Assembly (NCBI RefSeq): GCF_009914755.1
Contig: NC_060937.1
Strand: one strand, 5' to 3'
Length of the DNA stretch: 64,000 nt
From: the human T2T-CHM13v2.0 reference genome, Homo sapiens
Below the pieces are notes generated by a model. That model had not been told where the DNA came from and made no database searches. It saw nothing but the letters and a program-made list of their open reading frames with translations. Positions 1 to 16,174 of the stretch are shown one piece after another (the stretch's first letter is position 1; the number at the start of each line of letters is the position of its first letter). A program made the position numbers and the translations under genes.

Positions 1-199
1 CTATGTTCCCTGAGCTGGAACTTATTGCTCTCTCCTTCTTTCACAGCTGCAAGGGAGCCATGAATAGGCAGTGAAGAAGAATGCACAGTCAGCCAATCTA
101 GAGCACAGGTGGATAAGCATCAGGGAGATGCCAGGTCTATACCAGATCTCTACAAGGAAAAAGCTTCATCTTCTTTTCCTTTTGGAAGGTCAGGTTTTA

Positions 200-592
200 T
201 ATACTGTCCAGCCATGCAGGGTGTCCTCCTTTTATTTGCCTTCCAGACCTACTCTCTGCCCTTCTCACCCTGTTCTGTACCTTTGGAGTCTGACTACTGG
301 GATTCGTGGAGGGTGCAGTAGGAAGCAGAGAGGAGCCTGCAGGATTCCTGACAGCAGTGAGCAGGAGAGATCTGGGTATTTACTTCCAGCTCCCTCCACA
401 GTGGGCCTGAGCTAACAACCATTGCTTTTCTCTGCTGTTTCTGCCAGGCAGCCCTCTCCTACAGTTAAGCTTTCTTCAGGTGTTGGTAGCTGTTCTGTCT
501 CCTTGCCCCTCAGGCCAAGAGGTGGTGACGACACACCCTGCCCTGTTTTTGGCTGATGGTGCAGTTTGGCACCCCATATGCCTTTCCCTTAA
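200..592 (+). mobile_element. Old ERVL-class LTR (LTR33-like), left part, interrupted by L1PA; resumes at ~2490-2585
   Basis: The resumed part ...cttttgagtgtgccatcttcttcctgccaagg resembles the LTR33-type 3' end; degraded, recognised by eye. Confidence 0.45.
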
Positions 593-608
593 CAGTACCT
601 ATGTCTTT

Positions 609-2522
<1,914 letters not shown>

Positions 2523-4545
2523 TAAATCTCCTGCCATAATCCCTTTTGAGTGTGCCATCTTCTTCCTGCCAAGGTAATCAATACTATAGCATCTTATTAT
2601 TCATATTATTAAGGATAACTCCACATCCCATATAGAATGGCATAAGAAATCTTGGTATATGCAAGTGTGGGAAAGGGAATCTAGGAAAGGAAGTCATCCC
2701 TGCTGTAATGAGGTGGGTGCAGCGAGGGTATGAACCCAACGAAATGCCTTTGAAGTGCCCCTTCCTCCTGTGAAACTCTTCAATCACTGAATTGGCAGAC
2801 AACACTTCCTAATAGTAATTGTTCTTTAATTTAAAAACTGCAACTATCAGTTTTTCTGACTCATCAACCCAGGACCAGAGATAAATTTGGCTAATAACAG
2901 ATAAAATAGGTGTACACTTCCTACACTAAACAGGCATGGCCACTCTGTTGACCTGGCATTTCTTTGCAGCAGGCACATTTTCTTAAAATATCAGGTCAGC
3001 CACCACGAGCTTGTTTTTCCTTCTAAAGGTCAGTGACCAACAATTTACTTTACATCTTCATGGCACAAAAACTTGTCTCCCATTCCTTTCTCAAAATGTT
3101 TCCTCTCCTGGTCTTCATCTGGCTCTTTCCTATTTCTGAATTTGAGGGCTTCTTTTCTTCTGTGAAATCTCTAGATGTTGGAGTTATCATTACTTAGTCA
3201 TTGACACTTTTCTTTAAATAAAAGGGAGGATGTCATCTTACTCCCTCAATCCTTTGTGGATGGCAGTGGAAGGAAGGCAAGAAATTTAAGATGGTGAGTG
3301 TCACCGCAAGATGCAGGCAGGGACTGGCAGAAGCTCATCACTCCTGCAGCCTGCTATTTCTTTCTGAGGACCAAGTGGACTCCTTGAATGTGTGTGCACA
3401 GAGGGAAGAACTCTCCTTCCTGCTCCTCTGGAGTGATATGGTGTTCCTTGAAGCATAGGCTTTTCAAAATTTCCTGGTCATTATGACATCTATTTCTACT
3501 CCTCTCTACCCTGCTTCTCCCAGTAGGTTTGTCTCCAACGTGGTTTCTTTCTTCTTCATATCTCTTAGCAGTCTTGTTGGGGCAAAAGAAGTGAGGGATG
3601 ATTCAGCTCCAGATCTGAATGTGCTGGAAACATGGGAGATTAGGGATATTGATCCATTTGCACAGCACTGATTTTTGTCTTCACAGACTACTACTGCTAG
3701 ATATTAATTGCATCTAGATTTTCTCTTTTCTTTTTTTTTTCCTACACTTTGTATACTATTATTAACAACTGCATTTAATAGTAAAAAATAACAAGTAAAT
3801 TTTGGAATTTGAATGCCTCATCCTGTGGCTGCTATGCCACCAGCTCCCATCTGTTCCTCATATGCTCCCCTTGCTCTGGCCAAAGTTTTAGATTTTAATG
3901 CAAAAATATCTGTGTCTTTGTGATTATCCTAGGTGTAATGGTATATAGGTTTGTTTGTTGGGGAGAAGAATAAAACAACTCCTTGAAAATAATATAAATG
4001 CTGTAATGAGAATTTTTAAAATGTAATTAGTATAAAACATTTTCATAGGTTTCTCAGCTAACGAATAAATAAATTATATTTCCTTAAGGCATTTCTTGGT
4101 ATGCTGATGAAAATTTCAGGGTACAGCCTTGATAGTCACAATAATGAAATACATGAGACCAATTATCCTGCTACACTCTTGCAGTATCTTAGATTTAGTT
4201 TAAATGACTCATAGCCAGAAAAGTAGAAAATTCAATGCATTGATATGAACAAGTACAGTTTTTAAAAAGGAAAAGGATTTTATTAAGAAGGTTTGAGTAT
4301 TATTTATGAATAAAGCAGGGTTATCTTTCCTTGATTGAGTCCCATGATCAGAGAACAGAGGATGTGACTTTTTATTTTCTATTTCTTGTGATTTATTTGC
4401 CATCAGATATGGCAGATCAAGGAATATTACAACTTTTAGGGGCTGGAAGAAATGAACAAGTATACTTAACCAACTCTCTCACTGTACAATAAGGAAAGGG
4501 AGGAACAGGGAGGTCAATTGCTTGACTTGGGTCATGCACTTTTGA

Positions 4546-5016
<471 letters not shown>

Positions 5017-5603
5017 CAGAAATTTGCATTTTTAAAAAGTGTTGCTTAGGGTAAGTCTTGCCCACATTGAAATTTCAGAACCACTTTCTGTAGCCTGGTG
5101 TTCCCCCCTCCATCTATGCTTCCCATGAGCCTAGGGACTGGGTTGGGGTGCAAAGAAGATAATCATGGAGTTAGATGGTAAAAAGCGACAAGGGGTAACA
5201 AAAGCCATGGAATAAACAAGGAACATCAACCTCCAGGGTCCATATTACTTGAACATTTGGGAGAAATTTTATTTTATATTAAAGCACACATTGCACATAA
5301 AGAGTTGGTAAAAGAAATATCTGCATAAACTTTTAAAATTAAACCAAGACTTTCAAGAAATTTGGAGTTGAATTGTAAAATGTCAGCTTCCAGCCAGAGC
5401 ATAGTGCTCCGCTGCCTCTGCCTTACGGGTGTTTTGGTGTCATATCTACCTCAACTTTCTCAATTAGAAATTCCTCAGTGAGTCACTGTCATAACACCCA
5501 TGACCTCTGCTGAGTTCTTCTTGCATTGTAATGGACTTAATGTTTTTTCTTTAAAGTAATATAAATAGCTTACTCTTTTTACATAAGCTGACCTTCAATA
5601 TGG

Positions 5604-5912
<309 letters not shown>

Positions 5913-5949
5913 TAATTTTTTTAATGTGTATACTCCAACATCAATTAAT

Positions 5950-6745
5950 TTACACCAATCTTCTGGGTGTCATATGATTCAATTTAATTCTGACACTATG
6001 CAAATTTAGCACAGACCATGCAGGTGAAGGGGCTCTGTCTCACAAAATCACCCCCATTTCAGACGCCAGCCACAAGTCCTGGGTGACCCCAAGCCACTTG
6101 CACTTCCTACCCAGCTGACTACAATTTGGGGGCTTCCCACAACCCCCACCCTCTCCGCCAGATTTGATAATTTGCTGGGATGATTCACAGAACTCAAGAA
6201 ACTGATACACTTACAATTGTAGTTTTATTATAAAGGATACAATATAGGAAGGAGACATATAGGGCAAGATTTTGAGAGGAATGCAAGAGCTTCTGTCCCA
6301 GTAGAGCCAGCATATGGTACATCAAAATGTGCACCAATCAGAAAGCCCCCAAGCCTCACTGAGATTTTAATCAAGATTTCATGACTTAGGCATGATTGAT
6401 AAATCACTGACCATGTGATTGAACTCAATCTCTAGCTCCTCTCCCTTCCGCAGGTAGAGTGGGGTAGGGTCTGAAAATTCCAACCTTGTAATCATATGAT
6501 TGGTTTCTCTGGCAACCAGTCCCCATTTTCAAGCTATCTAGGACCCTCCGATCAGCATAAACTCGGGTATGGTTGAGAGGAGTTTGTTATGAATAATGAA
6601 AGATGTTTCTGTTACTCAGGAAATTCCAAGAGATTCTAAGCTTTGTACCAGGAACCAAAGACAAAGATAGATTGATAGATGATAGATAGATGATAGATAG
6701 ATAGATAGATAGATAATAGAGATATATAAAATTATACCATAATGT
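5950..6745. mobile_element. MER21-type LTR containing a (GATA)n microsatellite
   Basis: Shares motifs with the copy at 53464-54751 (caggaaattccaag, ccaggaacc, ttcccacaac). Confidence 0.7.
6665..6725. repeat. (GATA)n tetranucleotide microsatellite
   Basis: agatagattgatagatgatagatagatgatagatagatagatagatagata. Confidence 0.95.
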
Positions 6746-7240
6746 GATAATTATAAGGTTTTGCAAAAGTGCTGTTAAGTATGAAAATGTTAACAATGTC
6801 AATGTGCCTCTGTCTGTGTTCTTTTGGCTCCAATAATGGTAGATATATCCATCTCACATGGACATATCCTGCTTTGTTTCACTGCCACTATAAGGTTCCT
6901 AAATACCTAAAAGGGAAATTTGTAGTTTGATGCATTTGTTTTGGCTTTAAGGTATTACTACTTAAACTTCTATGCCTAAGTAGTAGTATCAGGCCCATCC
7001 TCAATTTGAATTTTGATTATTACATCTTTAGCTAAATAACCCGCTGTTATTTTTATACATTAAGATATGAATACTTTTTGAAGGAGGATTGTAAATAATC
7101 ACTAAAATTTACACTTACATGTCTAAAATGAAATGTCCAGCACAACTGCTAGACTGTGAGATATTTGAGAACAAGAGCCATATCTTATCCTTATACCTCC
7201 AAGGAATTAATGGAGTGCCTGGCACATATTGGATGCATAA

Positions 7241-7551
<311 letters not shown>

Positions 7552-8519
7552 CATAATTACTATTTTTCTAAAAATATGTATCAGTCTATTAAATTGGAAA
7601 CCTAATGTAAACAATTATTTAGCCTTGGTACCCAAATATGTAGCCAAATTCAAGCTGTCAAAACAAAACAATAATTGGTCCTCACACCTATAACATTTAG
7701 CTCTTTAAAGGTTAATTGAAGTAAACTGAAGTAACTAAGTGTTTCACTTTAAATTGTAAATAATAATAATTAATATTTTACACCCACATTTGACATCAAA
7801 TTAACAGTTGTTTTGACATTCTAAATGATAATCACATTTTCCAATCAACCATGCAGTAACCTAAACTGCTAATAGTGACCTGAAATATCAAATAATTTTT
7901 CTCTACCCTAGATGTATTTGTTATATGGTATTATCTTGTTTTGAGTACATAAACCTATGGACCACAGAGTGAAATATTTTCCAACAAATTTGCAACCACC
8001 TTGTTGATTATGCAAAGAATGCCCATGTTTCAACTTAACCTTTTGATTTTTCTGTTTGATTTTTCTCTTCCATAATTATTTGGAAAGAGAAATGTAACAT
8101 AAGCTAATGTGTTTTCTTATTAAATAGTCTCAAAATATAACTTAAATTGATTTAGTGTTTGGGATAAAAATGTGAATGAAATTAGCGAGCAGTACAATGT
8201 TAAATGGGCATATTATCTAGGTTTTTTTTTAGCTTGAATAGAAGGTAATACACAAGCAAAAGCATATAATTAACCTAAAATAATAAAAACAGTAAAAATG
8301 ACATTGATTATACTTTTAGTTACCATTTATTGAATGGTTACTATGTGTCTGGTAATTGCCTAAGTACTATATGTGCATTATCTCATTCAGACCACCAAAA
8401 TTCATAAATTAGGTACTAGTTGACCCCTATTTTGTAGTCTTAAAGAACCTAAATAGCAGATCCAAATTTACTCAGTATCTAAACAGTACTATTGGAAATA
8501 TTAAATGGAATTTACTATT

Positions 8520-9125
8520 TAGGTTATTTAGGTCAAATGACCTCACACAGAAGAACAGGTCTGCAGGACAGAATGAAGAGTATTTAAAATGGTAATTATG
8601 TAGATAAACCTAAATGAACATTGATAATATAACATAATAGGATATCATAAGCTTTAATATACAAAGAATTAAAATGCACAGCAATAATTCTAAATATGGA
8701 ACTGAGATAAATGGAGTTAAAATGTTTTAAGAGCCTTGCATTGTCCAAGAAAATGAACAAGTATAAATTTATACAAAGCTTTAAAAATTAAGCACAAATG
8801 TTATAGTATTAAATAATAAAAAATAATAAAAATAAATCATATGACTGAAAAAGTAATTGAATGGTAAGACTGAAAAATAAAAATTGCCCTATTAAAGAAA
8901 AGCATATGCAACAAAAATAAAATGAATAGTGAGAGTTAAATTTAAAGACATGTATATTAGTAATTATATTAAATCTAAACTATTTTCTCTAATTAGAAAA
9001 AGCTTGTTAAAGTAAATTTTTTTAAAAAACTATATGTTGTTTACAAGAAACACACCTTAAATATAAGGACACATAAAGAATAAAATTGAAAAAATGGAGA
9101 AGGATACATTATGCAATACTAATCA
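8520..9125 (+). mobile_element. Ancient L1M (MC/MD/ME-like) inter-ORF region and ORF2 start, host of the nested L1MA
   Basis: tatatgttgtttacaagaaacacaccttaaatataaggacaca matches the degraded EN N-terminus; the EN sequence resumes after ~15690. Confidence 0.65.
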
Positions 9126-9807
9126 GTCAGAAAAATGGCAGAGTAAGAGCTATCTGGCTTCACTCACCCCCACATAAAACCAATTAACAACCATCCAGTG
9201 GGAGATTATTATTCAGAATATACCAGAATGCAAAACTGAGGTTGTGACAATTCCTTAGGCTGCAGACCAGAGGAAAGACAGCAAGCAGACAGTAAGGTAA
9301 ATTGTTCTTCTTAACCAAGATACCCCTCCTCCAAGCTTGCAAGCCACCACATGTAGAAAATTCCCTTGGATTCCATTTTTACGCTGAAAAAATTGAGTTG
9401 GAGATGGACCTCCAGCTTCTCTATCCTCCTGGAAGACTTGTTTCTGGCTCAGCACACAGGCAGAAGCGTTACAAACGCCTGCAAAGCTAGAACACTTGAG
9501 GTCAGCTAGAGGCAAAGAGCAGAGATGGGAGTAGAAGTGGGCACCCCTTGGATCTCAAAGCCTGCTCTTCATGACAGCTAGAGGAGACATCAACTCAGAG
9601 AGGCTGTTCAGCAGCACCACTCTACAGGAAGTATAGCCCACAAGTCCTTTGAACATAAATCCCTTGTTGGCTTTCCCACAAAGTCCGGGTACCCCTTTAG
9701 TTTTCTGCAGGCCCATCTGAGTTGGGTGCCACATCAACCTTGAATCCCTCACAAGATTAGCAGTGAACCTGAGCTTAAGGCATCATCTAGCACTGAAAAG
9801 GAGAGAG

Positions 9808-9873
9808 TGATCTCAGACTAAGGCAACACAATAGTCAATCTGATCTCAGACTAAGGTGACACAATAGTCAATC
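9808..9873. repeat. 33-bp tandem duplication
   Basis: tgatctcagactaagg(ca/tg)acacaatagtcaatc x2. Confidence 0.95.
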
Positions 9874-10241
9874 TACACAAGATTTCTAGACAGAGACACT
9901 AGAAAAAGATCTACATAAACAAATACAGACAGTAAATACTGAAATAAATACTCCTTTCTTCAATGTGTAGACATCAACATATGTTGATAAGAATGAAGAG
10001 CAATCAGGGAACTATGACCTCACAAAATAGATGAAATAAATTGCCAGTGATTGACCCTGAAGAGATGGAGATGCGTGAGGTCTTAGACCAAGAATTCAAA
10101 ATGTCTTTTTTAAGGAAACTCAGCAAATACCAATAGAACATAGAAAAACAATCTAGAAATTCATCAGAGAAATTTAACAGAGATTAAAATAATTATTAAA
10201 ATAAAACAGAAATCCTGAAGCTAAAAAATACAAGGAAGGAA

Positions 10242-10439
10242 GTGAAAACTGCAATAGAGAAACTTAACAGTAGAATTGATCAAGGAGAAGTAAGAATTAG
10301 TAAGCTTAGAGAGAAAATATTTGAAAACACACAGTCAGAAGAGGAAAAAATAATGAAAAGGAATGACAAAAATTATATGGGATCTATGCAGTGGCATCAA
10401 AAGAGCAAATGTATGCCATTAACATTTCAGAGGGAGTAA
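10242..10439 (+). pseudogene. LINE-1 ORF1p coiled-coil remnant
   Basis: LNSRIDQGEVRISKLREKIFENTQSEEEK resembles the ORF1p motif (NSRLDQAEERISELED). Confidence 0.75.
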
Positions 10440-12357
10440 GGAATGATAAAAGGGTAGAAAGCTTATTCAAGGAAATAATAGCGTAAAACTTTCCAAACTT
10501 GGAGAAAGTTATAAATATCCAGCTACAGAAAGATTGAAGACCACCAATTGGGCTTAAATAAGACTTTTCCAAATACATTATAATCAAATCCTCAAAGATC
10601 AAAGACAAAGAGATTATCCTGAAAGCAGCAAGGGGGAAAAAAGCAAATGACATATAAGGGAGTTCCAATACACCTGGCAGCAGACTTTGCAGCAGAGAAG
10701 GACTTCACAGTCCTGGAGAGAAAGGGATTATATTTTTCAATGTGTTCAAGGAAGAAAAACAAATAAACAAACAAAAAACAGCCAACAAGAATATTATAAC
10801 CAGCACAATCATCCTCAGACATGAAGGAAAAATAAAAACTCCCAGACACAAAATTGAGAGAATTCATCACCAACAGAGTCGTATTACAACAAATGATAAA
10901 GGATGTTCTTCAAACTAAAAGAAAAGAATGCTAATATGTAACACAAAAACAGCTGAAGGTATAAAACTCACTGGTGAAAATAAGAATATAGATGAATTCA
11001 GAATACTGTAGTACAGGAATAGCACATAAACTATTTTTATATATACTATGAAGTATGAAGATTAAAAGATAAACTTATTAAAAATAATAACAATAATAAA
11101 TTTAAAAACTATAACATGCATAAACTAAAAGTGAAGAGATGGAAAAAATATTCCATGCAAATGGAAGCCAGAAATAAGCAGGAGTACCTATACTTGTATC
11201 AGATAAAATAGTCTTCTAGTCAAACACTGTAAAACGACAAAGGGAAGGCCATTATATAATGATAATAGAGGAAGAGTGTATAACAAATATAAATACACAT
11301 GAACCCAATAATGAAAAACCTGAAGATATAAAGTAAGTATTAATAGACTCTAAATGGCACAACACACTACAATACAATAATAGTAGGGGACTTCAGCAAA
11401 TCATCTCAGTAATGGACAAATCAGACAGAAAATCAACAAAGAAGCAGCAGTTAAAATTGCACTCAAGACAAAATGAACCTAACAGAAATTTATAGAACGT
11501 TTCTCCTAACAGCTGCAGAACACTCATTTTTCTCAACACCACATGGAATATTCTCCAGGATAAATCATATGTTAGGCCAAAAAAAAATTCTTAAAAATTT
11601 TTAAAAATTGAAATTATTTGTTTTCAGACCATAATGAATATCAATAACAGGAAGCACTTTGGAAATTGTACAAATAAATTAAAATTAAACCACATGCTCC
11701 TGAACAACTAAGTTAATGAAAAAATCAAAAAGAAAATTTAAAAACTTTCTGAAGACATATGAAAATGGGAACATAACGTATGAAAACCTATGGTATATAG
11801 CAAAAAGAGTCCTAACAGAGACCTCTGTATCTATAAACACTGTCAAAAAAAGGTAGAAAGATCTCAAATAAGCAACTTTACACAACAAACACAAAACAAG
11901 AACAAACTAAACCCCAAATTATTTGAAAAGGTAATAAAATCAGAGCAGAAATAAAGAGAGATAAAAATACAAGAGATCAATGAAATAAAGAGTTGTTTTT
12001 TTTAAAAAAACCCACAAGCCTTTAGCTAGACTAGCTAGAGAGAGAAAGAGAACTCAAACAAAACCAGAAATGAAAAAGAAATGTTACAATTCATACCATA
12101 GAAATATAAAAGATTATAAAAGACCATTACAAACAACTATATGCTAATAATTTAGAAAACCTAGAAGATATAGATAAATTTCTGGACACATACAACCTAC
12201 CACAATTGAATCATGAAGAAATAGAAAACTTGAACAGGCCAATAATTTTTAATGAGAAGGTCTCTTTACGAAAGAAAAGCCCAGAACCTGATGGCTTCAC
12301 TCCTGAATCCTGTCAAACTTTTTTTTGTTTTTTTTTTGTTGTTGTTGTTGTTTTTTT

Positions 12358-12476
12358 AGGTGGAAGTATCACTTGAGCCTGGGAGGCAGAGGTTGCAGTA
12401 AGCCAAGACTGAGCCACTGCGCTCCAGCCTGGGCAACGGAGCCAGACCCTGTCTTAAAAAAAAAAAAGAAAAGAAA
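12358..12476 (+). mobile_element. AluJ-like partial right arm with A-tail, inside the transduced DNA
   Basis: tcacttgagcctgggaggcagaggttgcag...gaccctgtcttaaaaa; cut off at its 5' side exactly at the T-tract. Confidence 0.85.
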
Positions 12477-12650
12477 TGTAAAGTTTTCTGTAGTTACCCT
12501 GCATTAATGTCATACAGAAAAACAAAACTTTATTATTTAATTTATTGATGTTTTGTTCATCAATAAATTTATGCAACAGATATTTATGCAAATCATCTTT
12601 AAAATATTAACACAATTATGCAAATCATCTTAAAAATAAAATAATGTTTC
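12358..12650 (-). other. L1-mediated 3' transduced segment, followed on the minus strand by a second poly(A) tail (12319-12357)
   Basis: Lies between the L1PA tail (12651-12672) and a second T-tract; both are inside one TSD pair (12310-12322 / 13228-13240). Confidence 0.85.
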
Positions 12651-13226
12651 TTTTTTTAATTTTATTATTATTATACTTTAAGTTTTAGGGTACATGTGCA
12701 CAACATGCAGGTTTGTTACATATGTATACATGTGCCATGTTGGTGTGCTGCACCCATTAACTAGTCATTTAGCATTAGGTATATCTCCTAATGCTATCCC
12801 TCCCCCTCCCCCCATCCCACAACAGTACCCAGTGTGTGATGTTCCCCTTCCTGTATCCATGTGTTCTCATTGTTCAATTCCCACCTATGAGTGAGAACAT
12901 GTGGTGTTTGGTTTTTTGTCCTTGTGATAGTTTGCTGAGAATGATGGTTTCCAGCTTCATCCATGTCCCTACAAAGGACATGAACTCATCATTTTTTATG
13001 GCTGCATAGTATTCCATGGTGTATATGTGACACATTTTCTTAATCCAGTCTATCATTGTTGGACATTTGGGTTGGTTCCAAGTCTTTGCTATTGTGAATA
13101 GTGCCGCAATAAACATACGTGTGCATGTGTCTTTATAGCAGCATGATTTATAATCCTTTGGGTATATACCCAGTAATGGGATGGCTGGGTCAAATAGTAT
13201 TTCTAGTTCTAGATCCCTGAGGAATC
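12651..13226 (-). mobile_element. 5'-truncated L1PA (PA3-like), ~575 bp
   Basis: Low-divergence L1PA 3'UTR and ORF2 C-terminus (ORF 12874-13116, ...MFSLIGGN*). Confidence 0.97.
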
Positions 13227-16110
13227 TCCGTCAGACTTTTAAAGAACTAACATCAATTCTCCTCAAATCATTCTACAAAATTGAAAGGGAAGGAATTTCT
13301 ACCGAATTCATTCTTTGAGGTCAGCATTACTCTGATACCCAAACTAAACAAGGACACACAAAAAAGAAAACCACAGGCCAATATATCTGATAAACATAGA
13401 TGTAAAAATCTTCAACAAAATAATAGCAAATCAAATTCAACAGTACATTAAAAAAATCATTTACCATGATCAAGTGAGTTTTGTCCCAAGGATGCAAGGA
13501 TGGTTCAGCATAGGCAAATCAATAAACGTTAACACATCACATTAACAGAACCAAGAACAAAAACCACATGACTATTTCAATATATGCAGAAAAAGCTTTT
13601 GATATAATGTAACATCGCTTCTTGATAAAAACTCTCAACAAATTAGTCATAGAAAGAGCATAACTTAACATAATAAAGACCATCGATGATAAACCCACAG
13701 CTAACATGGGGAAAAGTTGAAAGCTTTTCCTCTAAAATCTGCAACAAGGCAAGGATGCCCAGTTCTACCACTTTTTACCGCTTCTATTCAAAATATTACT
13801 AGAAGTCCTAGCCAGAACAATTAGGAAAAAAAAAAAAAAACAGAACTAAAGGGCATCCAGATTAGGAGGAAGTTGAACTGTCCCTGTTTCTTTGTTGTTT
13901 TCTATATATAAGATCATGATAAGATAGCATGATCTTGTATACGGAAAACCCTAAAGACTTCAAACACATGAAAAGAATTAGAACAAATTCAGTAAAGCCA
14001 CAGGATAGAAAATCAACATACAAAAATTAGCGGAACTTCTATACACTAATGGCAAGCTATTGGAAAAAGAAATTTAAAAAAATCAATTTACCATAACTAC
14101 AAAACCAAAATATCTAGAAATATATTTAATTAAGAAAGTGAAATATCTCTGCAATGAAAATTATAAAATATTGATGGAAGAAATTGAAGAGGACACAAAT
14201 AAATTGCAAGATATCCCATGTTCATTGATTGGAAGAATTAATGTTGTTAAAATGCCCATATTCCCAAAGCTATCTACAGATGCAATGCAATCTCCTTCAA
14301 AATACCAATGATATTCTTCATAGAAGTGGAAAAAAATTCTGAAATTGATATGAAATTAGAAAAACTGGAATAGCCAAAGCAATCTTTAGCAAAAAGTACA
14401 AATCTGGAGGCATCACACTAAGCTGAAAATATACTATGAAGCTATAATAATTAAATAGCATGCTACTGGCCAAAAAACAGACACACTGACCAATGTAATA
14501 GAATAGAGAATTCAAAAATAAATCTATACACGTACGGCCAACAGATTTTCCATAGAGGCACCAGAAATACACAATGGGGAAAGGACAGTATCTTCAATAA
14601 ATAGAGCTGAGTAAAACTGATACAGAAGTATGAAACTGGACCTTTGTCTCTCACCACTTAAAAAAAACTCAAAATAAGCTAAAGATTTAAATGTGAGACC
14701 CAAAACTATGAAACTATAAAAGAACTCAAACAAGTCAATAACAACAACAACAAAATCAAACAAACAACATGATTTAGAAATGAGTGAAAGATCTGAGTTG
14801 CCATTTCTCAAAATGAAGTATGCAAATGGGCAACTGGTATATGAAAAACTGTTCAACATTGCTAATCATCAGGAAATGAAAATAAAAACCACAATGTATA
14901 CACAGCACCTCACCCCAGCTAGAATGGCAATTATCAGAAACAAAAAAATAACAAATAATGGCAAGGAGGTTGAGAAAAGAGAATTTTTACAGACTGTTGG
15001 TTGGAATGTAAATTAGCACAACCCCTATGGTAAACGCAATCCCCCTACTGGGCATGTATCCAAAGGAAATGAAATTAGTATGTTGAAGAGATATCTGCAC
15101 TCCTATCTTCATTGCAGCATTATTCACAATAGCCAAGATTTGGAATCATCTTAAGTGTCCATCAACAGATGAATGGATTAAAAAGTGCAGCATCTATGCA
15201 CAACGAAATACTATTCAGCCATAAAAAGAACAAAATGCTGTTATTTTTTATATATAGAAGAATCCAGAGGAAATTAAGTGAAATAGGCTAGGCACAGAAG
15301 GCTAAATACCTGATTTCACTTATATGAGGGAGATACAAAACTTGATCTCATAGACCTAGAGTTTAGAACAGTGGCTACTAGAGGCTGAGGAAGGCAGCGG
15401 GGAAGGGAAGAAGGGAGAGAGTAGTCAAAGAATACTGTGTTACAGACAGATGGAATAAGTTCCAGTGGCTGTTGCACAGTAGAGTGAAACGGTTAATATA
15501 TTGCACAATTCAAAATAGCTGGAACTGATTTGGAATGGCCTCACACAAAGAAATAATAAATGTTTGAGATAATGCATATACTATACCTTGACTTGATTAT
15601 TACATAATTTATACATATATCAAAACATCACACTAAACCCCATAAATATGTACAATTATTTGTCAATTAAAAATAAAATAGTTAATAATTAGCTAAAAGA
15701 ATCCTATTAACTGATACTTTACCTTTCAGTTAATAAGCTGTACCTGAAATAAAGCCAAATTTGATACTAATAACAGAGAAAATTACAATAATTTGAAATG
15801 TATATGCCATTAATAACATAATACAAAAAATTAAATAAATATTGGCAGTATCTGGAGGGAAAAGTACCTACTCAAAATTATAGTGGACAGTCTTAACATT
15901 CCCCACAGCAACTTAAAGAACAAAAAAAATTCCTAAGGATAGAGAAGATTTGAACACATTTATCAAATCTAATCTCAATAATTCATTTTGCAATCATCAC
16001 CTGTAGAATGTATACTATTTTTAAAGTGTACATAGAATATTTACCAAAATAAACCCTTAGCTAGGCCATAAGGCAAGTTTCAATAAATTCTATAAATTAC
16101 AATTATACCA

Positions 16111-16174
16111 AGAATGCTGTCTAAACCCACTGGAATTAAGCTGAGAATGCTCTCTAAACCCACAGGAATTAAGC
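16111..16174. repeat. 33-bp tandem duplication
   Basis: agaatgct(g/c)tctaaacccac(t/a)ggaattaagc x2. Confidence 0.95.

Larger units (their letters stand above)
9127..15676 (+). mobile_element. Near full-length L1MA (MA4-6-like) with 5'UTR, ORF1, ORF2 and 3'UTR, degraded and interrupted at 12310-13240
   Basis: Starts aaaaatggcagagtaag; ORF1p-like coiled coil at 10242-10439; ORF2-like sequence from ~11.1 to 15.3 kb; L1MA 3' end ccccataaatatgtacaattatttgtcaattaaaaataaa. Confidence 0.85.

Noticed and set aside
9808-16174. Two separate tandem duplications that both have a 33-bp period
   Set aside because: The sequences are unrelated and lie in different L1 fossils, so the shared length is most likely coincidence.
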